From assembly GCA_003212555.1 (NCBI GenBank), contig QCPK01000003.1, positions 3,677 through 67,676 on the forward strand: a stretch of DNA of 64,000 bases, written 5' to 3'. A program made the position numbers and the translations under genes. The stretch comes from Prochlorococcus sp. AG-436-K22. Its GTDB lineage: Bacteria; Cyanobacteriota; Cyanobacteriia; PCC-6307; Cyanobiaceae. Under the pieces are notes generated by a model. The model worked only from the letters and a program-made list of their open reading frames with translations. It did no database searches and was not told the DNA's origin. Shown piece by piece: positions 54,077 through 62,369 of the stretch; position 1 is the first letter of the stretch; each line of letters opens with the position of its first letter.

Positions 54077-54202
54077 TTAAGCATTCGACTTCTTCACAAA
54101 AACAGAAGAGGCTTCCTTAAGGATTTCACGAGTACCAAGGATAACAAACCAACCTAGGACCAACCCAATAACCATAGGGGCATATTCGCTTACATAAGTC
54201 AT
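54077..54202 (-). CDS. 41-aa single-pass membrane peptide (not in ORF track)
   Basis: MTYVSEYAPMVIGLVLGWFVILGTREILKEASSVFVKKSNA; AGGAGG SD 5 nt upstream of the ATG. Confidence 0.7.
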   Translation of the reverse strand: MTYVSEYAPMVIGLVLGWFVILGTREILKEASSVFVKKSNA

Positions 54203-54290
54203 AGCATCCTCCTTGAGATGGATAAAAATGGGGCCAGATGCGACTCATTAAATAGCCCCCAAGCCATAGGTTGCTTCACTTTAAGTGAGC
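54203..54290 (-). promoter_or_regulatory. Structured 5' leader of the 41-aa peptide gene
   Basis: Hairpins GCTCACT-TAA-AGTGAAGC and GGGGCT...GGCCCC+ATTTTT; the second loop is complementary to the RBS/start region. Confidence 0.55.
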
Positions 54291-54452
54291 TATATAAAAA
54301 CCTTTAGACTCTTCTTATTTCTAGGACAACAGAAGTTTTCTGTCTATAAGAGTAAAAACTCAGGCATTTATACATAGATAGTAATTGAAGGAGAAAACTA
54401 GATAAAAATCTTCTAAGCATTCATTTTTCTATTAAATAATTTTCAGAAAAAT

Positions 54453-54483
54453 AAAAAAAGCCTCATCTTAAAAAGATGAGGCT
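54453..54483 (-). terminator. Intrinsic terminator after the pcb-ORF72 unit
   Basis: AGCCTCATCTT-TTT-AAGATGAGGCT followed by a T-tract on the minus strand. Confidence 0.8.
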
Positions 54484-54540
54484 CACTAGATTTAATCGTT
54501 TAAATAAAGCTAGGAAATGATTTAGCTTTTACAAAGTTAG

Positions 54541-54759
54541 TCAGGATCTGCCTGATAGTTTTTGTCTTTCAGTTCCTTCAAACTTTTCAGGATCATTACA
54601 GTCTCTTGCGTACCAATGGAATTGAGAGACTTGGATTATTGCAATGAATCCAAAGATTGTTGGTAGTAGTTGAAAGCCACCTGATGGCTTTACTAAACCT
54701 AAGTCTGATGGATGAGGTAGCTGAGTTGCGAAATCCAGCAAATGAGAGAAATCAATCAT
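54541..54759 (-). CDS. Small membrane protein probably co-transcribed with pcb
   Basis: 72 aa with one TM helix; starts 18 nt after the pcb stop and shares its terminator. Confidence 0.75.
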   Translation of the reverse strand: MIDFSHLLDFATQLPHPSDLGLVKPSGGFQLLPTIFGFIAIIQVSQFHWYARDCNDPEKFEGTERQKLSGRS

Positions 54760-54777
54760 ATCGAGTAGTAAATAGTT

Positions 54778-55863
54778 TTAGTCAGCCAAGGTAACCTTTG
54801 AGTTATCCAAGTTTGATACTGCATTTGTAATTCTTCTGAAGTCAAAGCCCATTGCACGAATTGCGTGCCATAGATGACCTTGAATAAAGAAGAATCCAAG
54901 ATAGTAATGGACATTGCTTAACCAAGCACGGGAAGTGTGCCCAGTAACAACACCATCCATATTTCCTGTATCTATCCAATAAGGAGAGATACCAAACTTA
55001 AGCTGCAAAGTCTCACCATACCAAGCTTCTGGATAAACAGTTGTATTGGTTGCACACCAGAAGGCTGCAATAATTGCCATCCAACCGATACCTGCTAAAG
55101 ACCAAGAGAGAACAGCTTCTGCTGAAAGTAACCCAGCACCCTTAAATTTGGTATAAGTACCAATTTGCTTAGTTGCAATATGGAATGCTCCACCTCCAAT
55201 TTGGAAGAAAGCTAAGAAAGCGTGGCCACCCAAGACATCCTCAAGGCTATCTATCTGAATGAAATCAAACTGATGATTCCAAATCTGAGTAAGATCAAGG
55301 TTGTAATTAACCTGGCGAATAGCCTCTATAGCAGGGTCATAGATACCATGAACTCTGGCCCATTCAACGAACCATATATTGGCAACACCAAAGAAAACAA
55401 GGTGATGACCAAGAATAAAGGTCTGGTTGTCTGGATTGTCCCATTCGAGCTTAAACCTAGCTGCTTGACGATGCTCAGGACGATCATCAGCAAATAAACC
55501 TGAAGAATTCTGAGTATCTTCACTAAAGACAACTGAGTGTAAAAGTCCAGCAAGTGCATAGACAAATGAACAAATCAGATGAAAAATGCCAATAAATGCA
55601 ACATCTTGTCCTGTCCAAGCGCCTGCTTGGTCAAAACCAATACCCAAAGATGCCAAATGAGGAATGCTAACCATCCCTTGATGTCCCATTGGGATATCTG
55701 GGTTATAGCGAGCAAGTTCCCAAAGGGTGTTAGCACCAGCTGTAAAAGCAATTAATCCTGTATGCGCAACATGCGAGCCTATAAATCGACTTGACTTGTT
55801 GGTTACTACAGAGTTACCAACCCACCACCCGTAGGTGACGTCTGGATTTCCATAGGTCTGCAT
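54778..55863 (-). CDS. pcb: Prochlorophyte chlorophyll a/b-binding antenna protein Pcb (probably PcbE type)
   Basis: MQTYGNPDVTYGWW.GN, SHVAHTG, ILGHHL, SLEDVLGGH, GHLWHAIRA (CP43/IsiA/Pcb six-helix family); the paralogue letter is from recalled synteny only. Confidence 0.95.
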   Translation of the reverse strand: MQTYGNPDVTYGWWVGNSVVTNKSSRFIGSHVAHTGLIAFTAGANTLWELARYNPDIPMGHQGMVSIPHLASLGIGFDQAGAWTGQDVAFIGIFHLICSFVYALAGLLHSVVFSEDTQNSSGLFADDRPEHRQAARFKLEWDNPDNQTFILGHHLVFFGVANIWFVEWARVHGIYDPAIEAIRQVNYNLDLTQIWNHQFDFIQIDSLEDVLGGHAFLAFFQIGGGAFHIATKQIGTYTKFKGAGLLSAEAVLSWSLAGIGWMAIIAAFWCATNTTVYPEAWYGETLQLKFGISPYWIDTGNMDGVVTGHTSRAWLSNVHYYLGFFFIQGHLWHAIRAMGFDFRRITNAVSNLDNSKVTLAD

Positions 55864-56787
55864 AGGTTAAAAAGTATTTTAAAAACTCGTCCGAGCTTAC
55901 AGGTATTTTGCTATTGAAGGAACATGACGTTAAACATCCGTAAAAAAGATGAATAATTAAATGAGCTCGAGTAAAAAAATAAAGCTTTTAGCTCGAAAAA
56001 AAGTTGGATATATATCAAGTAAAACTTGCCTGATTTTTTCATTAAATTGAAACAGGCATTTTTCTTCCTAGATTTTGGAGTGGATTTAAAAAGTTCACAT
56101 AAGATTCTTAGGGTGAGAATGCAGTCTGAGCCTTGATCTTTTAATTGACCTTGCAATCAAATTGCCACATTCTGCTTCGTAGTTAGATAGCTACTGATCA
56201 GCACAAAATGTTGTTATAAGAAATTTCTCATTACTTTGATTGTCATTGAAAAAAAGTTCAGCACTTGTATAAATCTCAACTTGGGCAATTGACGACATCT
56301 GATAAGCAAGGACATCTTTCAAAAAAATGAGGCTTTTCTCCGAAAATACTGAAAAGCTTAGGAAAGCCAAAAACAAGATCTCAAAAAGAGGTATTTCTTT
56401 GCTTTTTGATAAATCTCAATTCCTAATTGAATGGCATTCCTGAGAATTGATGCCTTCTTAATCTCTGAAAAATCCAAGTAAAAAAAGTAATTAATAATAG
56501 TAAATTGATTATCCTTTTCTAACATTTCAAAAGTTATAGAGTAATTATAATTTAGTTAATATTAATTTTTAGGCAAGGTATTCCACTAATAAGTTGTAGG
56601 TCTTTTGGAAGAAATGTTGTAAATCAGCAAAAATGAGTAAACACAAAATTTAAAAAGATTAATAGTATCATCAGAATAAAATGAGCTCATTTATAAATTT
56701 AATGATATAAATAATTATCAAAGAGTAATAAATAGAAAAGTTTGGGATTTCATGTACTTAATTTTTATGAATTTAGGAAGAATAATT

Positions 56788-57513
56788 TCAAGAAAGCAGT
56801 TCAAATATTTTATTAATAAATTTAAGACGGTTAGAGAAAGTTTTCGTCCCAAAATCTGCTTGTTGTTTTCGCAAAATAATAGAAGCATTATCGCCTAAAG
56901 CATCATGAATGAATTTATTATCTTCAGATATCCAACTAAAAACCATATCTTCTTCGACCTCAACATGAAACTGAATTCCATAAGCAAGCTTATTTATACA
57001 AAACAACTGCTCATGACAGATTTGAGTACTTGCAATAATCTCAGCGCTAGATGGCAATATAGCTCTATCTCCATGCCAGTGAAGAACGTCAAACTTAGAA
57101 TCTTCAAATAAATTTAATGGATCATTTAGATTATGAAAGTTCACTGGTGCCCAACCCACTTCTAATTTTTTGGTTTTTGGATGACCAACCTCCAAAGGTT
57201 CTACAGTGCCTCCCGCTGCGTATGCCAAAAGCTGCGCTCCTAAGCAAACCCCAATAACTCCAATTTTATTTTCTAAAGCAAATTTCAAGAGCTCAACTTC
57301 CTTTTTAAGCCAGGGATAATTAGGGTTATTTAAATCTCCAACACTCATCCCCCCACCCATCACAAGCAAAATATCTGTATCGACTAAATTAGGGATAGGT
57401 TCACCTAAATCTAATCTAAAGATAATTACATCTTTTTGATGCTCTATAGCAATTTTAGAAAAGAGGCCTGGCCCTTCTCTCTCAGTATGTTGAAGAACTA
57501 TTACTCTTGACAT
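56788..57513 (-). CDS. Type 1 glutamine amidotransferase-like protein
   Basis: QH..REGPG, MGGGMSV.D, GVCLGAQLL (Cys), HWHGD, QFHVE (His-Glu). Confidence 0.9.
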   Translation of the reverse strand: MSRVIVLQHTEREGPGLFSKIAIEHQKDVIIFRLDLGEPIPNLVDTDILLVMGGGMSVGDLNNPNYPWLKKEVELLKFALENKIGVIGVCLGAQLLAYAAGGTVEPLEVGHPKTKKLEVGWAPVNFHNLNDPLNLFEDSKFDVLHWHGDRAILPSSAEIIASTQICHEQLFCINKLAYGIQFHVEVEEDMVFSWISEDNKFIHDALGDNASIILRKQQADFGTKTFSNRLKFINKIFELLS

Positions 57514-57627
57514 CTAACAACTATAACTAAATGATTTCAAAGTAAATTACGATGGAAATTAATTTAATCACTCAACCCTTAGAGCTTTAAGCATAATTAT
57601 CTTTGAAAGTTTTAATTCAGACTAACT

Positions 57628-58944
57628 CTAGAGAAGGTCGATCAAACTAACAATTAAACCAAAAGCAATCACTGGTGGAGAAACCCAACGAAGCATGAAT
57701 TTCAAATAACCTCTTCCTCGGAAACTAGAATTACATCCTGCTAAATCTTCGTCAAATACTCTAGAAGTAAACCAACCAATTAGAATCGCTATTAAGAAGC
57801 CTCCCAAAAGAAGTAGAAGATCTAAAAAACTGGACATATTTCCTAAAACCTTGTCCGATAATGCTGCAGGGATACCAATTAGAAAAATAAACACAGAAGA
57901 AAAAATAACGGCTCTGTCTCTTCTCCAACCAAATCGATCAATCAAAGAAGAAACCGGTACTTCTAAAAGAGAAATAGAAGACGTCAATGCTGCAATGAAA
58001 GCAAGTCCAAAGAAAAGTACCGCAACTAATTGGCCAACAAGGCCCAATGAACTTAAACCGGTTGGTAAAGCTACAAACAATGTTTTAACAAAACTCTCGC
58101 CTAAAGCATCTTTGGCAACTGGAAAACTCATCAATATAGGGAAAGTAACCATCCCTGCAAGAATCCCTACTGAAGTATCCAAGCTAGAAATTAGAACAGC
58201 TTCTTTAGGCAGTGGGCTCCTTTTATCTAAATAAGAAGCATATGCAACCATAATTCCTATACCAAGACTTAAAGAAAAGAACGCTTGTCCAAAAGCAAGT
58301 CTTATTGTTTTTAGATTTGAAAATTGGCTGAAATCAACTTTAAATAAAAACTCTTGATAACCATTAATGGCCCCTGGCAAAGTAGCAGCCCAAATTGCAA
58401 GAATTATCACTAAAGCAAAAAGCAAAGGCATGCTCCAACGGGCTAGCCTTTCGATTCCTCCTCGCACTCCTGCAACAACAACTGAAGCTGTCAAAAATAA
58501 ACTAAACAATTGGCCCAAGAAAACACTACTGCCAGTGCTCACAGAACCTACAAACTCATTAGCTTCATCCAAAGTCCCAGGGAGACCAAAGAAAAGAGAA
58601 TGAAAAAATGTATCAGCCGTCCAACCCATTAAGACTGCATAAAAGGCAAGAATGCCGCAAGATGCAATCACAAAAACCCATCCCATTGGCTGCCACGCAG
58701 ATCCAGCGGCCGCAATAGGAGCAAGAAGTGGGCTCTTGCCAGTGCTTCTTCCGAGAACCATTTCAGCAACTAAGACTGGAAGGCAAACTAACAAAACGAT
58801 GACGACGTACAACAGCAAAAAAGCAGCTCCTCCTCCTTGAGAGGCTTTATAAGCAAAACCCCAAAGATTACCTAACCCAACGGCACTTCCTGCAGCTGCT
58901 AAAACGAATCCCCATCGAGACCGCCATTGTTCGCGCATTGCCAT
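57628..58944 (-). CDS. Sodium-dependent amino acid/amine transporter (NSS/SNF family)
   Basis: REQW.SR.GF.LAAAGSAVGLGNLW.F.Y.....GG.AF, QAFFSLSLG.G, AALTSSISLLE. Confidence 0.93.
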   Translation of the reverse strand: MAMREQWRSRWGFVLAAAGSAVGLGNLWGFAYKASQGGGAAFLLLYVVIVLLVCLPVLVAEMVLGRSTGKSPLLAPIAAAGSAWQPMGWVFVIASCGILAFYAVLMGWTADTFFHSLFFGLPGTLDEANEFVGSVSTGSSVFLGQLFSLFLTASVVVAGVRGGIERLARWSMPLLFALVIILAIWAATLPGAINGYQEFLFKVDFSQFSNLKTIRLAFGQAFFSLSLGIGIMVAYASYLDKRSPLPKEAVLISSLDTSVGILAGMVTFPILMSFPVAKDALGESFVKTLFVALPTGLSSLGLVGQLVAVLFFGLAFIAALTSSISLLEVPVSSLIDRFGWRRDRAVIFSSVFIFLIGIPAALSDKVLGNMSSFLDLLLLLGGFLIAILIGWFTSRVFDEDLAGCNSSFRGRGYLKFMLRWVSPPVIAFGLIVSLIDLL

Positions 58945-59074
58945 AAAAACCAAATTTCCATCTAATATTTAATTATGAAAACTACATGAAGTATCAACAA
59001 TAATAGTTAGCTCCTGTAGGAATTACTCTCAGATTAATTAGGTGCTGGAGGAATAAATCACTCAGCAGAAAAGA

Positions 59075-59362
59075 TTAGCCCAAAATTGAAAGGGTCAAAT
59101 CTCCATCTAATCCTCGCAAGTCAATATATTCTTGAAAAACATTGGATTCAAATGCCTTCGTAGCTGCTGATTTAGAATCAAATTCCACAACAATTCCTAA
59201 TTGTCCCCCATCCCACTCGTTTAAATCAGACTTCTGACTAATATCCTTAGCTATTACAATTCCTCCAACGGAAAGAAGCCAAGGAATTACTGTCTGAATA
59301 TATTCGATAAATAGATCCCTGCTATCAATGCTAACTTGCTTAATCCAATAGCCCTTAGACAC
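59075..59362 (-). CDS. DUF1330 family protein
   Basis: KGYW...EY......L.SVGG...VVEFDS..AA..AFES..FQ; likely GTG start at 59362. Confidence 0.8.
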   Translation of the reverse strand: MSKGYWIKQVSIDSRDLFIEYIQTVIPWLLSVGGIVIAKDISQKSDLNEWDGGQLGIVVEFDSKSAATKAFESNVFQEYIDLRGLDGDLTLSILG

Positions 59363-59696
59363 GAAAAATAAAGAAAACATTAAATAGTATTGCACATTTT
59401 GGGCACGCGCTCAGATTTAGTAAGCTTTTTCAAAGCTGTAGTATTTTGTCTTTTAATAAATTTATTTTTTGAATCTTTCGACTTCGCCAATAGAAGTAAT
59501 CCATTCCATTACTTCGAAACCATAAGAGAAAAGAAGAGACTCCCTTTCAAACTTTTCAATTGTGCAAACTTAATTAAATCCAAGAAAAGCTCTTTTGCAA
59601 TCAAAATTGTGCGTTGTATTAAAGCAAGTTGAGGCATGCCTTCCGAGTAATTAACCAGGGTATTTTTCTAAAGAATTAAAAAAACAATATCAAACC

Positions 59697-59897
59697 TTAT
59701 TTTTCAAATTCTTCTCTTCGTCTTAATGCCTGACTAAGCTTTCCAGCAACGAAAGGGATGTGAGTAGAGTATTTTTTAAGCTGGATTCGTTCTTCGAGAG
59801 TTACGGAATGTCCACTGGCGAGACGTTCAATGATTCCTTCGATTCTTCGACGAGTTTGAGTAGTGAGCATGCGGAACGTCATTGCCTTACCCTTCAT
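59697..59897 (-). CDS. Small conserved hypothetical protein
   Basis: LTTQTRRRIE.II.RLA.G..VTLEERIQL.KY motif; start may be a downstream ATG. Confidence 0.7.
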   Translation of the reverse strand: MKGKAMTFRMLTTQTRRRIEGIIERLASGHSVTLEERIQLKKYSTHIPFVAGKLSQALRRREEFEK

Positions 59898-60061
59898 GCC
59901 CTAATATTAATTAATTTAATAAGGATCGGCTCATCTGAAATAATTTCCTGAAACCCGAGATTGACTTTAGATCAGAAGTAATAAAGAGATAAGAAAAATC
60001 AAAACCTTCCATCAAACTTCCTTGTATTAGATTTAGGATCAAATCTCAACGAATTCATTCA

Positions 60062-60196
60062 ATGTCAGAAAAAAAAGGGAAGGAATTGGCAACAGTTTCT
60101 GTTTACCTCAATACAGGTATAGTTGCAGGCCTATTTGGGGTCGGATTTATAGCAGCAGCACTTATATTTGGAATACTAACTTTGGTTATAAGTTAG
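60062..60196 (+). CDS. 44-aa single-pass membrane peptide (not in ORF track)
   Basis: MSEKKGKELATVSVYLNTGIVAGLFGVGFIAAALIFGILTLVIS; an imperfect hairpin follows at about 60216-60240. Confidence 0.6.
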   Translation: MSEKKGKELATVSVYLNTGIVAGLFGVGFIAAALIFGILTLVIS

Positions 60197-60272
60197 AGCA
60201 GTATCAATCTTCAAGACCAGGTCTTCAAAAAAGGCTTGGTATTTATGTCCAATAATCAAAATAATCTTATTT

Positions 60273-60797
60273 TCATATTCTAAAAGGCCTGAAGTACGAC
60301 GAGTTGGCCATATATAAAGGATGTCGAGGATGTCCTCCTTTTGTTAGGCCAAGAGCTATTGGCATTTGTGCCTTAGGAAAACTCTCCATTCTATTCTCAG
60401 AATATTTTTTTATTTCTTTCAAAATATTTCTGTCTCTTTTCATAAAACTTCCATTAACACCCCACCCAAGCCACAAATCACAGAATTCATTCTGAGACCA
60501 ACCTTTTATGTTAGTTTTCAACTCAAAGTTATTGAACGGACCAATTGGATTAGAAGAAGACTTAAGAAGTTTAGGACTAGTAGAAATTCTTGCGAATAGG
60601 TTAATTACTACTAAGGAACCATATCCCCAGGATTTTGAGAAATTAAGAACTCTTATCAGAGTTGAATCATTATCTTCTTCGTCTGCAGTTGATGGATTTA
60701 ATCCAATAAAAATGATTTCTTTTCTTGATTTATTAATCGTTCTATTTAATCTGTATCTATATTTCCTAGAAGGACTAAATACAGCATTTGAATTCAT
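60273..60797 (-). CDS. DUF1643 family protein
   Basis: YRY.L.R, FIGLNPSTADE...D.T, NLFA..ST.P, GWG, TKGGHPRHPLY. Confidence 0.9.
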   Translation of the reverse strand: MNSNAVFSPSRKYRYRLNRTINKSRKEIIFIGLNPSTADEEDNDSTLIRVLNFSKSWGYGSLVVINLFARISTSPKLLKSSSNPIGPFNNFELKTNIKGWSQNEFCDLWLGWGVNGSFMKRDRNILKEIKKYSENRMESFPKAQMPIALGLTKGGHPRHPLYMANSSYFRPFRI

Positions 60798-61050
60798 ACT
60801 TGGTATTAAATAAAATCAACAGGAATAAAAAATCTTATTTATATAAAGCATTGTCAGTACAAATTTCATTTGACACTAGACTCTTCTAAAGTAAGGGCCT
60901 GCAAAAGCATGGAAGTTTCCATTCCATTCTTCATTCTATAGCATAATGAATTTATTATTGTTCAGGAAATCCATTGAGGAGAAAGTTTTTTTTCTTTTAT
61001 GTAATCGAACACTCTTGTAGAAAAAAGCTTTGGCAGATCTATAAATAAAA

Positions 61051-61476
61051 ATGATACATCAGGAAAAATTCATGATTGATTCGGAAATCACTTCACTAAA
61101 TGACCTTAGAATGCATAGGAGCGCACCTGAGCTTGATTCTAGCCAAGAGCAAATTCTAAAAAAAGAGCTTTTTGAATACATTGAGACTGCAGACTGGTTT
61201 ACTGTTGGAATAATGGCTCCTACTTACAAGCTGGCAATTAATATTTTAAAAAAAATGGAACGTCAATTTAATTGGCCTCCTATGAAAGTTGCATCTCATC
61301 CCAATGGTCAAGGACCAGTTTTCCTTAAAGCCAATCAAAGAACAGGTGTCTTTTATGCGAGAATTGAATATGGATTAGGTGAGGGAATTCTCTTAAGTTG
61401 TCAATATAATGAAGAAGAAAAAAACGCCCAAACTCTTGGACCTTTACCATTAGATTTCTTTAGAAGTAGAGATTGA
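61051..61476 (+). CDS. DUF1824 family protein
   Basis: DWFTVGIMAP, GPVFLKANQRTG, GEGILLSCQ, TLGPLPLDFF. Confidence 0.85.
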   Translation: MIHQEKFMIDSEITSLNDLRMHRSAPELDSSQEQILKKELFEYIETADWFTVGIMAPTYKLAINILKKMERQFNWPPMKVASHPNGQGPVFLKANQRTGVFYARIEYGLGEGILLSCQYNEEEKNAQTLGPLPLDFFRSRD

Positions 61477-61707
61477 TAGTTGATGATTTCCTCCACATTT
61501 ATTAATATAATGATCCCAAATAGCTCGTTTTAATTCCTTTGCAGAGTCCTAAAAGGAATTTATTTTGCTATTAATAAATTCCAATCACTCGAAACAGAAA
61601 TCCTTATAGAGACAGAGGTGATTCCTTCTACATATTAAGTAAAGCCTTCAAGACATTTTGCAAATTAGCTCATTTTCACTAGGGTTTGTAAAGCATTTGC
61701 ATTTACT

Positions 61708-61890
61708 ATGGATTTACTAGCTTCTGCAGGACCTTTTGGAATATCTCCAAGCACTGATCAACTCATAGTTATCAACTTAGCCGCCATACTTGTTGGAACT
61801 ACATTTAACTCACCACAGAAATTAATTAAATGGGGGGGAGTGATAATTGCTGTGGTCACCTCCACTTGTGCAATATGGTGTCAGCATTAG
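61708..61890 (+). CDS. Small membrane protein
   Basis: 60-aa ATG ORF with two hydrophobic segments. Confidence 0.55.
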   Translation: MDLLASAGPFGISPSTDQLIVINLAAILVGTTFNSPQKLIKWGGVIIAVVTSTCAIWCQH

Positions 61891-62016
61891 AGTCTCAAAA
61901 GAATGCTTCTCAAAAATACAATCGCAGCAAATATATAAAATTTATTTTGACTTTAGAAAACTTTTTGAGTATTTCTTCTGTTGGTTTTATCTCTAGCTAT
62001 TAGTGATGATAAGAAC

Positions 62017-62226
62017 ATGGCATATGACTTTCCCTACATTGTTCTTACCACCTCAAACACATGGATTCCTACTGAAGGTTTCATTTATGGCTTGTTAGTA
62101 GTTGGAGCCTTTCTTATAGCAGGGGTTTCTCTTTCAATTTTCACCTTCTACGAGGATTGTTACTGGGGTGACAAAGAATACAGAAAGTTTTTAAAAGAAG
62201 GTAAGAAGTCATCCGCAAAAGTGTAA
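62017..62226 (+). CDS. Small single-pass membrane protein
   Basis: ATG at 62017 (MAYDFPY...); TM helix and basic tail; followed by a terminator. Confidence 0.6.
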   Translation: MAYDFPYIVLTTSNTWIPTEGFIYGLLVVGAFLIAGVSLSIFTFYEDCYWGDKEYRKFLKEGKKSSAKV

Positions 62227-62236
62227 TTGGCTTTGC

Positions 62237-62270
62237 TAGCCTTAAAGCATTAAAGGCTAGGAGTTTTTTA
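62237..62270 (+). terminator. Intrinsic terminator
   Basis: CTAGCCTT-AAAGCATTA-AAGGCTAG followed by GAGTTTTTT. Confidence 0.6.
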
Positions 62271-62369
62271 TTGAATTCCTAAAAAATTTACAATGTAGAA
62301 GTCGGAATTTTAAAATCTAAGTTTTGATACTTTAAAAAAGTTAGTCTAACTCTTAGAAATAATTATCTA

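Noticed and set aside
54230-54260. Hairpin loop starting AUUUAA, as in SAM-II riboswitches
   Set aside because: The downstream GCUAAA element is absent and the regulated gene is not a methionine/SAM gene, so it is not called SAM-II
54541-54759. ORF downstream of pcb as a PsbF-like (cytochrome b559 beta) protein
   Set aside because: It lacks the RWLAVH heme-ligand motif, so it is left as hypothetical
56179-56196. GTAGTTAGATAGCTAC palindrome as an NtcA site
   Set aside because: Spacing is GTA-N10-TAC rather than the GTA-N8-TAC consensus
56191-56376. ORF containing AQVEIYT, resembling a glutaredoxin N-terminus
   Set aside because: No CxxC follows and the rest is unlike glutaredoxin; probably chance
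59400-59640. Short minus-strand frames (MPQLALIQ... and ...YGFEVMEWITSIGEVERFKK) and the plus-strand 80-aa ORF
   Set aside because: No consistent start, RBS or known motif; a decayed gene is possible but cannot be supported without a search
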